From Perna viridis (taxonomy: Eukaryota): DNA of 64,000 bases. Position 1 is the first letter of the stretch. Every line of letters starts with the position of its first letter. The notes under the pieces are model-generated. The model had not been told where the DNA came from. It ran no database searches and saw only the letters and a list, made by a program, of their open reading frames with translations. Both the position numbers and the translations under genes were made by a program. Shown one piece after another: positions 12,746 to 24,468 of the stretch. Location: positions 1,178,001 to 1,242,000 of the forward strand of contig CM074520.1 in the NCBI GenBank assembly GCA_037379345.1, written 5' to 3'.

Positions 12746-14204
12746 TGTAATTTTTACTGCTTATATCAATACCTTTATTAACCACTAAATATCGTACTAT
12801 TAACTTGTGTGTCGTCGATACCAGACAAAAGCAGACACACTCAACGTATTTTATAGAAAATAAATTAAACAACTTTAAACAACTTACAAGGTGATATGGG
12901 ACCAACGTTGAAATATAATTAGACTATGCTTAAAAGAGGGAAAATTTCGATTTTAACTTTATTCACTTGAAAATGTTTTCACGATAATCACCGTAGTAAA
13001 AGCACGTGTTGTGATGTACATTTGTGAAGCCAATTGAGAGAAAATATACCCTTTAGCCCTCCATTAGATGTAATACTAATAAATTATGCTAATTGGTGAA
13101 TTATTACGAGCCTAATGGTAGGAGTTGAAAGGCCATTCAATTAACCACATGGAGTTGGTCTGTTGCCGTAACCTACGCTTTAAAGTTATCAATACAACGG
13201 TTTTAGAAGTAGCTTCATGTATCAATCAATGCCATTCGTGTGCTCTTTAATCTTTTTACCGATTAATTCCTCTTATCCGAGATACTATTGTAAGTATATA
13301 TATTAGAAATGTTCATATTCGATTTTACGTAACACCTGCACTTAAATATGTTCTCCGAGTTTACAAGACATTAAAGAGTTATCGAAGTCTATGAAATTTT
13401 AAAATAGTTGGTATGCTAACACATTTACACAAACCATCTACAATTGCATGTCCGAATACTTGTAATGACAAAGTTGTGAGTCTCTTTCTTTTAAATATAA
13501 CTTGTGAAGACAGTCAAATTTGTAAGTGTAAATTAAGTAGATTAACTTTTTTTCATACATTCATATGGTCAAATTTTAAATTTTGTCCTCTTCAAGAAGG
13601 AGCCTTGTGGTATGTTAACTTCGATTAAAGCTCCTGTTATGAAGACCTTTCAGCTAAGGTACAAATGTCAACCTTACATATAATATGTATTAGATTAATG
13701 GCGTTAGAAACATTAAGAATCCCGTACTGTCTTGTTTAATCTGTAAACTAAATCAAACCTATATTTTCTGATACAGAAATTTAAAACATACACCTCATAT
13801 AAAAACAACAATGTTTGGGAGACAATCATTTCTGTGGGCTGCTGCAGTCCTCTTGAACTATCTACCTGAGGTGTTCAGACAGGGCTTAATCTTTAACCAA
13901 TTTAAATATATGATTTCGAAAATGGGGGTATGTTTTCATGAGTTGACTCAGGTGAGCTGAGCGTATCGACCAGACAATAATATATGTTACATGGCCTCTA
14001 AGACAACAAGTCGTAATGATGACATTCGACAATGGTATTTGTGAAAGCACATGCGCAGGCCAATGCATTTTACTGACTATCACAATCTGACAAATCAATT
14101 CGTTAATTCTCAGTAATGTCTTGATCTGTCAAATATTATAATAAAACCATGATTTATAAAAGTTCTATAATCTCAATAAAACAGTAAATAATAATAGGTA
14201 ACAG

Positions 14205-15946
14205 ATGAGGTACCGAAAAGACAGAATGACAATCAGTTCCTGCAGGAAATCCAAATACATATGGAGGTAAGGAGGTATAACTTATACGGGTAAATGTAAC
14301 TTAGTAGATTTATATGGCAGAGTTGGTTGTAAATAACATCGAGGAGTAGTATGTATTCATATATTCCTGTGTACATGTGTGTATCTATTGAAAAAAAGTT
14401 CGAAATAATTTCAAGCGTAAAAAAAAAACAGTTAAAATGCAACAATAAATAGTGATATTCATAAACATTTTGGAAAAAAGTGGACATTGTTTTCCTAAAA
14501 CCACTAATTGGTAAACATAGACTGCCTGAGAGATACAATGTTCAAATTAACATGTAAAACTCGAACCACTCGTTCTAGCCTTTTTACTTAATGTAATTAA
14601 TATAACAAAAAACAAAAACAAAACAAATAGACATTGATCAATAATGAACTCTTGAAAAGAAATATTTATAACAAATAGAACAGACTTGTTGACAATTGAG
14701 CTAACCTGACCGCTTTGAAATTTTAATTTTTAGATTGGTGTTTCTACAGCTAGTGATTGGTATTTTTGTCGTTTATAAGAGCTTTAACGAAGCAATACTC
14801 AAACATTCAAATGAAGTCTTCAGCTTCAATGACAATCTACAATCTGTTAAAACTCCAAATGATACATGGATTCAAAGAGAAAACTCCTTGAGTCATACAC
14901 ATATCCCTACCTTCTTTCCTCGGTGTAAAAAACAACGCAATGTAGTATTTGTTAAAGTCCACAAAACCGGAAGTACAACTGCCTGGGGAATATTTGCTAG
15001 ATTTGCTCATAACAATGGTTTAAACATGGTACTTCCTAAACGAGAGAGTGGTATTCAGTTCAACTATTTGTCGTCAAGGAATATCAAATTGTCAGAGACA
15101 ATCTTGCCCCCACCAAGAGGAGAGACCTACAATATTCTTTGCAATCATGCACTATACAATAAGGAACAGTTTGATAAATTGATGCCCCCGGATACAGTCA
15201 GGATAGGAATTGTACGCGACCCGGTGTCCGTTGTCAAATCTGCTTTCTTCTATTTCGGATTGTACAACGTGGTCAAAAACCGTCTTCCATCGACTGACAG
15301 TCACATGATATTTCACAAATTTCTGGAGCACAAAATATATCAGCTCTACGACTTGCATCGGCCTCTGTTTAATGGTATGGCGTATGACTTTGGCATACCA
15401 ACAACACAACTTTCGAATACGTCATTTGTTTTAAACTATATCAATATACTAGACAGAGATTTCAAACTTGTAATCATTGCTGAATATTTTGATGAATCTT
15501 TAGTTCTGATGAAGAGATATTTATGTTGGGATTTTCAAGACATTTTATACTTAACACAAAATAAAGGCACATGGAGGACATACAATCGACCCAACATGAC
15601 TTCTGACGACATTAACAGGATAACTACTCTATCAAAAGCTGACAGTGTACTTTACAACTTCTTCAAAGTTAGATTGATTGGCCAAATTCAAAGAGAAGGT
15701 CCAAGTTTTGAGCATGAAGTACGACATTTCAAAAAAGTGACGCAACAGCTACGTCAGTATTGTGTCACCACAGAATCTATCAATTCAATGACCATACCGT
15801 CAACAACATGGAACAAAGCTTTACATTTCGACCGTGGACTTTGTAATAGGCTGATTACATCAGAAATAGAACTAGTCAGGCAGCTGATCAGGGAAAGTAA
15901 GAAAAAGCTGTCACAAAGAGCACAGACCACTAAGATGGTGAAATAA
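14205..15946 (+). CDS. Galactose-3-O-sulfotransferase (Gal3ST) family type II Golgi protein; join(14205..14266,14734..15946)
   Basis: 5'-PSB motif VFVKVHKTGSTT, 3'-PB motif GIVRDPVSVVKSAFFYF, and FKLVIIAEYFDESLVLMKRYLCW. Exon 1 MRYRKDRMTISSCRKSKYIW ends AG|gtaagg (phase 2). It joins ttttaatttttag|A (branch-like gctaac at 14700) in frame, giving a basic N-terminus and signal anchor. Confidence 0.92.
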
Positions 15947-17583
15947 CAATGCAATGCTGGGCAGCGTATTTGATACTCATTGTTTCCTTGTATTAACCTA
16001 AGTAATTCGACGACATTACTGTTGAATTCTAATATTAAGTATTTGATTTCTATGGAATCTATTCTATTGTCATTCTTCTACATTTTTTCTCATAATTTGA
16101 CATATTGAGAGGTTTTAATATAACATAAGTATTTAGGAAGCTAGTCTTTATACCCGAGCACTTTGTCTATATAGTACAGGTATATTTTGTTTTATTTGCA
16201 AACCATCTCAAAACTTTTGGAATACTTTATTAAGTTAGAAATGAAGTAAGCAAATAGACTAATCTACTCAGTTTTATATTGTTTTCTCCATTAGTATAAT
16301 TATTATAAACTATCATTGCTAGTATTTCTTTTTCCTTATAAAGACATCAATCTGGTGTAAATTGATTCTTTCATCTACTAAGTAGATTGTATTATTTCAT
16401 TGATATTTGATTGTTTATCATAAATTTATGTGTTTAATACTTTACACTTTCTGCTTTGTGATTTAATGAAAAATGATAAAAAATAAAATGTGGTAATGAC
16501 TCTTAATTGGCTGTGCAGACGTGATACTACAATACATTACTCACATTGTGAATGCATGATATTATGTAAGATTTGTTAAGCGACATATGATGGCTGTTTT
16601 GAATCTTAGTTCGGCATTTCTGACTTAATTTTCCAGTTGTCGATTTCACAAACTCGTAAATTAAATTAATACTTAAACGACTTTTTGTAATTTAAGATGC
16701 TGTAACGTTGCTGATTCGATCATACTTTCTTCCTGACGTTTTTATGGATATTAAGAATAAAACTGGGACCATTTCAGTAAACTTTAGGGCATATAAAGGC
16801 AAGAAATGTCATTTATTTTCTTCTTTGGATAAAATTATGTAGGTACTGAACGATCGTGTACTGTAATATGTCAATGGAAAATGCAATGGCGATTCTATGT
16901 AGATTTCTCCGAACATCTTACAGTTGTATTATAGTATAGTGACATCGACGGTGTCATGTGTTTTTCTCACTGGTAAACAATAATTTATGATTCTGTATGA
17001 AGTGCATGTTTGGAGCTTTTTGATATGTGTATTTGTTTTGGAATAGGTTTCTCATGGTGGGAATTTAAGATTACAAAAATGTCTTCGTTATTGATATGCC
17101 ACTACTCAATAATTGTAGACGAAACAACAAAATTCGTTTTTAAAAATTAAATAACTTGGCCAAAATTCTTAGGCCTACTTGCTTGAAATATTATTTTACC
17201 TACGGAAAATTTTAGCCTAATCACGTCTTTTTTTTCAAATGAATTGCAAATATTTTTGTGGAGAAAGCTCATTCTTATACATAAAATGAATCGGCTGCTA
17301 GTAAGTAATTTAATTAAAAGATTTGTCTTAGAAAAACTGCGCTGTCGGCGCTTGTTAGCCTTTCGCACACAATTTATTATTGTAGTAAATCAAGTGACTT
17401 GCAAATTGAAATTTATGAATAGTGCAAAATAGTGCCGGTCAAAATTTGCACAATTGCAAATACCTGTATATATATTGATTTTTGATATCCAATCTGTATT
17501 TTATGTTTGATCTTTGTATTGTATTTGCTTGACCCAAATGGGTGTAATTTGCAAATAAAGTATTACTAACGTTTGAATAATAG

Positions 17584-17840
17584 CCCAAATATGACAAAAT
17601 ACGAAAGTGCGCCAATACGGGATTTAGCCGTCCAATACGAATTTTACCAGTCCAATACGAGATTTAGTCAGTACATCATATTGGCCTGGGCCAATATGAC
17701 GTATTGGACTAGATAGTCAATAAAGGTATAATTGCGTAAGGTTTTCCATATTGGCTGAGTTATTGGTCCTCGGCTCAGTCCAATATGGTTACGCTCGGAC
17801 AAATAACTAAGCCAATATGGAAAACCTTACGCAATAATAC
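17584..17840. mobile_element. Non-autonomous foldback element with CCAATA(C/T)G subrepeats and two hairpins; class uncertain
   Basis: Long hairpin attgcgtaaggttttccatattggct / agccaatatggaaaaccttacgcaat (17731-17835); short hairpin tcatattggcc-tg-ggccaatatga (~17676-17699); three tandem ccaatacg units. Confidence 0.65.
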
Positions 17841-19859
17841 TATACTATCGATATAACCAGTGAGGAAACTAGTTAAAACCAAAGAAATAATATTATACAA
17901 CTAAGGAAGACTTCTCCAATAGAATTTCATTATAAAAATCAATCGTTCAGTACCCATTCTGTTAATTTCTATGTTTAAATATCAGGAAAAAAAAGTTTTA
18001 TAATTTTGGCCATCATATTTGAAATATTGTAAAATAGCAATGTATTAGTGTGTGTAGTTGAATTTAACGGCCTGGTGTGTAGTATTTGAAAAATCGCTTA
18101 TTCTCTAAATTGTTGAGTTTTTCTTTATTTAAGGTTATTAGATGTGCACAAAATACCAAATGTAAAAATAAAGTAATTAAAAAAATGGACTTTTTCTCTA
18201 CATTTTTACGACATAAATAATATTGTAGCTGACTTTTTGCGGAGTGTACGAAAGTACGAAATTAACAATGAAATTGAATACCTATATTTGTAGGTAGTGA
18301 TTGCATGGCGAATAGGATTTTTTTTTAAATCAAAGTTTTATTGATGAATAAACGATCTGATTTTGACCTGTTTTTTTTATCTCCTTTGACTCCAGTAAGA
18401 TATATTATCAAGCCGGTTGATACAGTCAGTTGTAGCACAGTGCGGAAGTTTTTAAAATATTTCAATACATATCCATGACATGTATAAAAACATGGCCGAC
18501 TAATATTCAACTACTGAACTAAAACCCTTTTTCAGACGTTCTACTCCAAATTATATCTTACATGTACATGTTTTGAATATGAATTAATTTTAATCAACCA
18601 TTAATTTTCAGTGTAACATGGTTTTATCCTGAAGCATGTCTTTTAGTTACTATAAAAGTTTGTAGTCATGATACCATTGAGAGTTATACCAGTAATCAAA
18701 CACCAATATTTCCATCAATTATTAAATGTGATATAAGATCAATTTTCTTTTCATGCGAAAGAAGTAATATAAATCTGTTTTCGTATTCGTTGTTGTGGAT
18801 ATATTCGATGCAGGATTACAATAAGAGATAAAAGAGATAAGTTTTAAATCTGATTTTTTTCACCAATTACTTAGTAGTTTGTTTGGAAGTTGTAAATATA
18901 ACTGTGAATACGATACAATTCTCCAACTGCCAGGCAGGTAGACAGGCATAAGCCGAACACAATTTTCTAGTGGAGAAACATTTAAATTTAACTGTTAAAA
19001 CCTGAATTGTAAATGCATGAACGTTATTTTGATAGTTTGGTTAATATCCTCTTACATTTAAAAGTGATTATAAAAATGGCATGACTTTTAAGGTTCTATT
19101 GTCCCTACACCTAACACCATATCAATGTTTTAGAAATGAAACAATAAAAACAAATCGGTTAAAACATAATGTGGCATACCAATAAATGATCAGGCATGAA
19201 ACTTTTTTTCTCTTTACGTTGATTTTGTTTTGATGAAAGAGGCACTGATTTTCACGAAGTTTTTTATCTATGTGTGTGTGTTCTTTTAAACTGTTCATTG
19301 TTTTGTTTTGTTTTTAATTGATTTACTACTTACTTTTGCTTGAGATCGATGTATAGACCTGTAATTTTGTTTAACCTTTTCTTTGTTTTTGTATGAAATG
19401 ATTGAGTCAAATTGTCATTGAAAACAGCCCCTTCAACATTGAAAATATATAAAACATTGCAAAATACTTTGAAAAGTCCCATTTTTCAGAAAATGTTTTA
19501 TCAATAATAGATTCTTCATTTTTAATCACTATAGCAACCACCGGTTTCCATTACTGTCATTTTTCATCCTAGCTAAAAGTGTTAAACTAAACTAAACTGT
19601 GGAGTGTTGACATACAGCTTATCCACTATAAACCACCTAATCAACGATAACATATACATTTCATCGATTTTTGGTTACTTTTGCAAGTTCGTTATTCGTT
19701 GAAACATATACATAAAATCGGCAAAAATACCGAAGCATCATTTCGGAAAGACAATTCAGGATATTATTCAAGACACCAGAACCCAAGGACATGACCAAAA
19801 CATGAAAAAAGGAAATAGAGACGATCCATCACATACTGAGTATGATACAATGACATACA

Positions 19860-20262
19860 AAAGAGTAACCAAGGTAACCAAGACTCCAACGGAAACCAAA
19901 AGAATGCAACCTACGGACAAAGACCAGACACTGAAAACTGACACACAACAAGGAACACAAAATAATCAAACTAATGGACACAAAGTAACAAAAGTATATG
20001 AGCAACTCGGACTCCACTAAAAACTGGGAGCATAGACCAGGGTAAGCGTCCTCTGCTTTTCTAGAAACACCCGCCGAGTTGCTCATAAAAAGTCAAGTCC
20101 AGGGTAGACGAAAGATGAAAGGAAAACTACGACACGTTGAACAAATCAGTTTGCATGGTGCAAATGGATACACCATAACGATCCACGAGATCATGACGAC
20201 GACCATTAAACTTCTGTAGTGGTGACATCAATCTTGTAGCAACATAACCCTGTTCTAGAAGC
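19860..20262 (-). mobile_element. Penelope-like element, 3' fragment
   Basis: LLEQGYVATRLMSPLQKFNGRRHDLVDRYGVSICTMQTDLFNVS* plus the 3'UTR on the minus strand. Confidence 0.87.
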
Positions 20263-20627
20263 TTAAATGTAAGAAGTAAATTAGAAAAAAAGAAAAACAA
20301 AACACACACAAACCTGAGACACTTACAACAGGAACTACTACCAAAAAAAAAAAAAAAAAAGGAGTAACAAGTAACATCAGGTGTTCCGGAGGATAGACAT
20401 GGTCTGCTCCGAAAGTGGCATCAGCCATATTGTAAGTGAGTAAACTCTAGTAAACGTGAAGATAAAAAAGATTAATACAATAGACGACCGTAAAAATATT
20501 GGTTAAATGGTAGACAAAGTTTTTATCATGTGTGCTATAGTTGGCAATTTTCGTGTGTATACAGTCAAACGAAAACACTAGGTTAACTTGACGATGTATT
20601 ATAATGATAGGTTCAAGTTCATCGCTT

Positions 20628-21413
20628 TTACACAACACGAGCACTTGGAGGTCCTGGTGTTACTTTTCTATTAAACAAAAAGCTCATTAATTTCTTTCTG
20701 AACAAAAATGCAATCGTACTTGACACACCAATAACCGTTACCCCGGCAACGGCTCCCCCTATAGCCGCAGAATTGTTATTTGATTTTTCGTCCTCGTTCG
20801 CGAAATTCAAGTTATCAGATGCAATTGTCGAAGAACCCATGGAACCGGTGACATGTTGAAAACCATTTTGATTCTGATTAAGGTTTTGCTGATGTTGGTT
20901 TTTATCAGGACTTGGTCCTTGAAGATTATTCTGACTCGGAGTTTGGAGCATAGACTTGACATTTGTTTTTATTGATAGTGTTGTTATCATAGCGTGTGTT
21001 ACTGGTTTTAAAAATCCTTGCGAGGGCATTTTAAATTTAACTGTCGTTTGAGGTGGTAGAGTTGTCTTTTTCAGCGACACCATCACTCCAGATGTTTTAC
21101 GAGTACCTTCAGCATATGCCGCTATAATCCAACCTCCAAAGTATTTTTGTTGTACTTGAGAAATGCACAGAGAACCATTGTTATGCAACACAAAATTAGT
21201 ATTTGTAAAATTCACGATGATACCACTTTTCTGGTGTTTCCAACTTGCCTTGGGGAACGGATCACCATCAACAACACATGGTAGACACAGAGAGTCTCCA
21301 GGAAAAACTGTCATCAGATGACTTCCACAATTTATTTCAGGATCCCTGTGGCTCAACACACATCCACCTGAACATAATAAAAACAAAAATAAAAAATTCA
21401 GAACCGTCATCAT
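20628..21413 (-). CDS. Single-Ig-domain type I membrane protein, 261 aa, single coding exon
   Basis: Signal peptide; Ig-like domain (TVFPGDSLCLPCVVDGDPFPKASW...NGSLCISQV...GGW); Thr- then Gln/Asn-rich stalk; TM AAIGGAVAGVTVIGVSSTIAFLF; RKK stop-transfer; short tail. Confidence 0.9.
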   Translation of the reverse strand: MMTVLNFLFLFLLCSGGCVLSHRDPEINCGSHLMTVFPGDSLCLPCVVDGDPFPKASWKHQKSGIIVNFTNTNFVLHNNGSLCISQVQQKYFGGWIIAAYAEGTRKTSGVMVSLKKTTLPPQTTVKFKMPSQGFLKPVTHAMITTLSIKTNVKSMLQTPSQNNLQGPSPDKNQHQQNLNQNQNGFQHVTGSMGSSTIASDNLNFANEDEKSNNNSAAIGGAVAGVTVIGVSSTIAFLFRKKLMSFLFNRKVTPGPPSARVV

Positions 21414-22134
21414 CTTATTCCAAAAACCGTATTTCGTTTAATTTGGTATTTTCCTTGTAAATTCTAATTCATACTGAACGTCGTCAGTTTATATCTGCTT
21501 CAGGTTTTGACTGACGTCTTAGTATTAGGAAGGTATTAAGAAAGGCATGTTCTCTCAAAAGTGTGCAAGTTCTGTTTGTCAAATATTACATCGAAAAAAC
21601 AGTGATTAGTTCCCTTTATATCCAACCTTTACTCAGGTAATTTTTCTTTGATATTAAACAATTGTGATACAATCTAAATCTTCTCTCCCCAAGTATGCAA
21701 ATATCACTTTTCATTTTGATATGCCTTCTTTTTCATCCTTATGATATATACATGCTTAACAAGATTGCAATAAAATGAAATAAATCAGCTTTTAATCTTC
21801 TATTGATTCTACAGCAGATCATTTGAAAAGATATTCGTCAGTTGACTCGTACAATGGCTTTACTGACGAGCACAATATCTATATCCATCATGCAGATGGA
21901 CATGCGGCGGTTTAGTATTTCAGTGGGATACCAATATAGATTGTACTTTTGCGTAAGGTCCAATACATGGTATTACGAACTTTGATCTTACATGTCACTA
22001 TCTGGAATGGTTCGTTCTACTGTTACATATACGCGGAACTTCCTTGATTCACAGAAATCATGATTTGGAAAATAACAATTTATTCCTTTAAAATCATATC
22101 GCACTTTGTAGCAATGCAGAAGGCAAAACCGAGG

Positions 22135-22275
22135 ATAAAACAATGCCAGGAAACCAAAAAGACAGCAGACAAACAAAACAATTGTCAGGAAACCGAAAAA
22201 AATACAACAGACGAACAAAACAATATCAGGAAACCAAAAAGACAGCAGACGAATAAAATAATGCCAGGAAACCGA
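22135..22275. repeat. Degenerate ~40-bp minisatellite, about 3.5 copies
   Basis: aaacaatgccaggaaaccaaaaagacagcagac-like units recur. Confidence 0.75.
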
Positions 22276-23124
22276 CCGAAAAGATAGTAGGCGAAGAACA
22301 AACCGTACCTTATAACTGAAAAGTAAACAAAGAAAAAAAACGAACGAACCGAACAACGTTTATAAAAACAAAGCTTCCGCTAAAAAGTGATGTGTATGAA
22401 CAGTAAATAAGTCGTCAAAAGAGGAATCACTTTCGTGTGCATACTTTCTCTGTCTTATGGGAACAACCGTATTGGTTAATACTTAACTATTAATTATAAG
22501 AATACGACATCTTAGTTACCTTACCGAATAACTGAATCGACGTAGGAGGACGGACAAACAACTAATGATTTTTTTTTATCTCTATACAAAATATGTACTA
22601 TTTTGTTTAGAGTTATTGTTTAAGTTCGAAGAGGAGCATCAAATACCTTATAAAAAGTTCAAAATGAAACTGAAACAACACTGTCCTATCAGATAAATCA
22701 TTTTTAAAAAGTATATGTATGTGTTATATTAAAGAATGATACAATGTTTGAATTCTTAATTTGATTTAACACATGTATTCTGTATAACAATCTCTTTCTA
22801 AAGACAATCAAATAGGCTCCTAGAGAGAATAATAATCTGGTCTGACAAATAACTGCCATGATAACCTACATAAAAATAAAACGAATAAACACTTCAATCA
22901 AAAGATTCACTTCTCATTAAGTCCGGTCTTGGCTATTAAATAAAGCATCTGCTAAAAAGAGAAGTGAATGCACCTTAAATAATTCATCAAATGAGATATC
23001 GCTTTTGTATAGCATGGGTTGTGTCCTTATTGTATGACTTGTGAAGTATCGTGATTCTCAACCCCGCACCATGTACAAAATTAGGATTGATTTTGCATAC
23101 GATGCGGGCATAACTCTGTAGGTT

Positions 23125-23420
23125 TAAACTGGTCTAGAGCTGGCATGTCAGTTAACTGCTAGAAGTAGTCCTTAGTTTGTTCCTTTGTTTAATTTACATT
23201 CAGTTTCTTCATTTTCGTTGTAACAAGGGACAGACCTTTTTGAACAGATGTTTAGGTGTGTTTTATTGCGTAATATTTTTTCCACAGTGGCCAGATTTGA
23301 AAGGGGGTTGTGATCACGCCAAAGTATATTAACCCCGCCGAATTTTTGCGCCTATTCAATCTCAAGAATTTCAGGCCTCTCTATGTCTTGTTTTGTATTC
23401 ACCTTTAGTTTATTTCTATG
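23125..23420 (+). mobile_element. Degenerate copy of a short non-autonomous bivalve retro-repeat (retrozyme/PLE-associated type)
   Basis: Blocks tagagctggcatgtcagttaactgcta and ggggttg...ttaaccccgccg-aatttttgcgcct resemble an abundant mussel repeat as I recall it. No second copy in the window. Confidence 0.45.
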
Positions 23421-23741
23421 TTACTTGAGTATATATCATGAATTGTACGATCGGCGCCGTATACATAAAAAAAATTGCAACGTGTTTTGAAAACACATAA
23501 AAAGCATAATTATGTTTATCATAGTTATGTTTATCCTATTTTAGGAACACCATGAAAAACATGTTTCAGGCTAACGAATTAATTCATGAAAAAAAAAAAA
23601 TAAATAAAAATCATATGGTATATCACTCAGGGGCACCAGTGTTTGGTTGAATACCTCTTCTATATATATTGCGTAGTTTTGGTAGTTTATTAAACCACAA
23701 AAAAATTTAATGTATTTACTTCTGTTTTTGGAACTGAAAAG

Positions 23742-24260
23742 TTACTACGCAGGCTTTTTGTACCGTGCTATATTTCTTACAATTAGGCTTGTGGAAAAGG
23801 ATTATTTTGCTTCAAGATTGAAGTCACCACTACAGAAGTTTTATGGTCGTCATCGTGAACTCATGGATGGTTACAGTGTATCCATCTGCACCATGAAAAT
23901 TGATTTTTTGAACGTGTTATAGTTTTCCTTTCGTCTTTCGTCTACCCTGGACTTGACTTTTTACGAGCAACTAGGCGAATGTTTCTTGAAAAGCAGAGGA
24001 CGCTTACCATACCGGTGCACATGGTCCATGCTCCCAGTGTTTAGTAAAGTCCGACTTACTCATTTACTTTAATTACTCTGTATGAATTATTTTGGATATT
24101 TTATGAACTTTGTTGTGTGTGTGTCTGTTTTTCATGTCTGGTCTTTGTCCCTGGATTGCAGTTTTTCCGCTAGAATATTGGTTCCCTTAATTAGTCTTCC
24201 ATGTTAGCACTATGTCCCTGGATTATATTCCGCTAGAATCTTGGTTTTCTTGATTACTCA
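23742..24260 (+). mobile_element. Penelope-like element, 3' fragment with duplicated terminal ~55 bp
   Basis: YYAGFLYRAIFLTIRLVEKDYFASRLKSPLQKFYGRHRELMDGY... plus 3'UTR. The block gtccctggatt...ccgctagaat...ttgatta occurs twice. Confidence 0.85.
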
Positions 24261-24390
24261 TTTTTGTACCTAATAAAGAATATAAGTATCGAACAAAAAA
24301 ATGAACGATTTTTTTATAAAGTAGTCTTCCTTCGTAAATTAATTATTTTTAGAGAAACAATAAAGACTTAAATGCAGCTATTTGTAAAAT

Positions 24391-24468
24391 AACATAATAA
24401 ACATTATAACATACTAAACATTATAACATAATAAACATTATAACATACTAAACATTATAACATAATAA
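24391..24468. repeat. 17-bp tandem repeat, about 4.5 copies
   Basis: aacata(a/c)taaacattat repeated. Confidence 0.85.
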
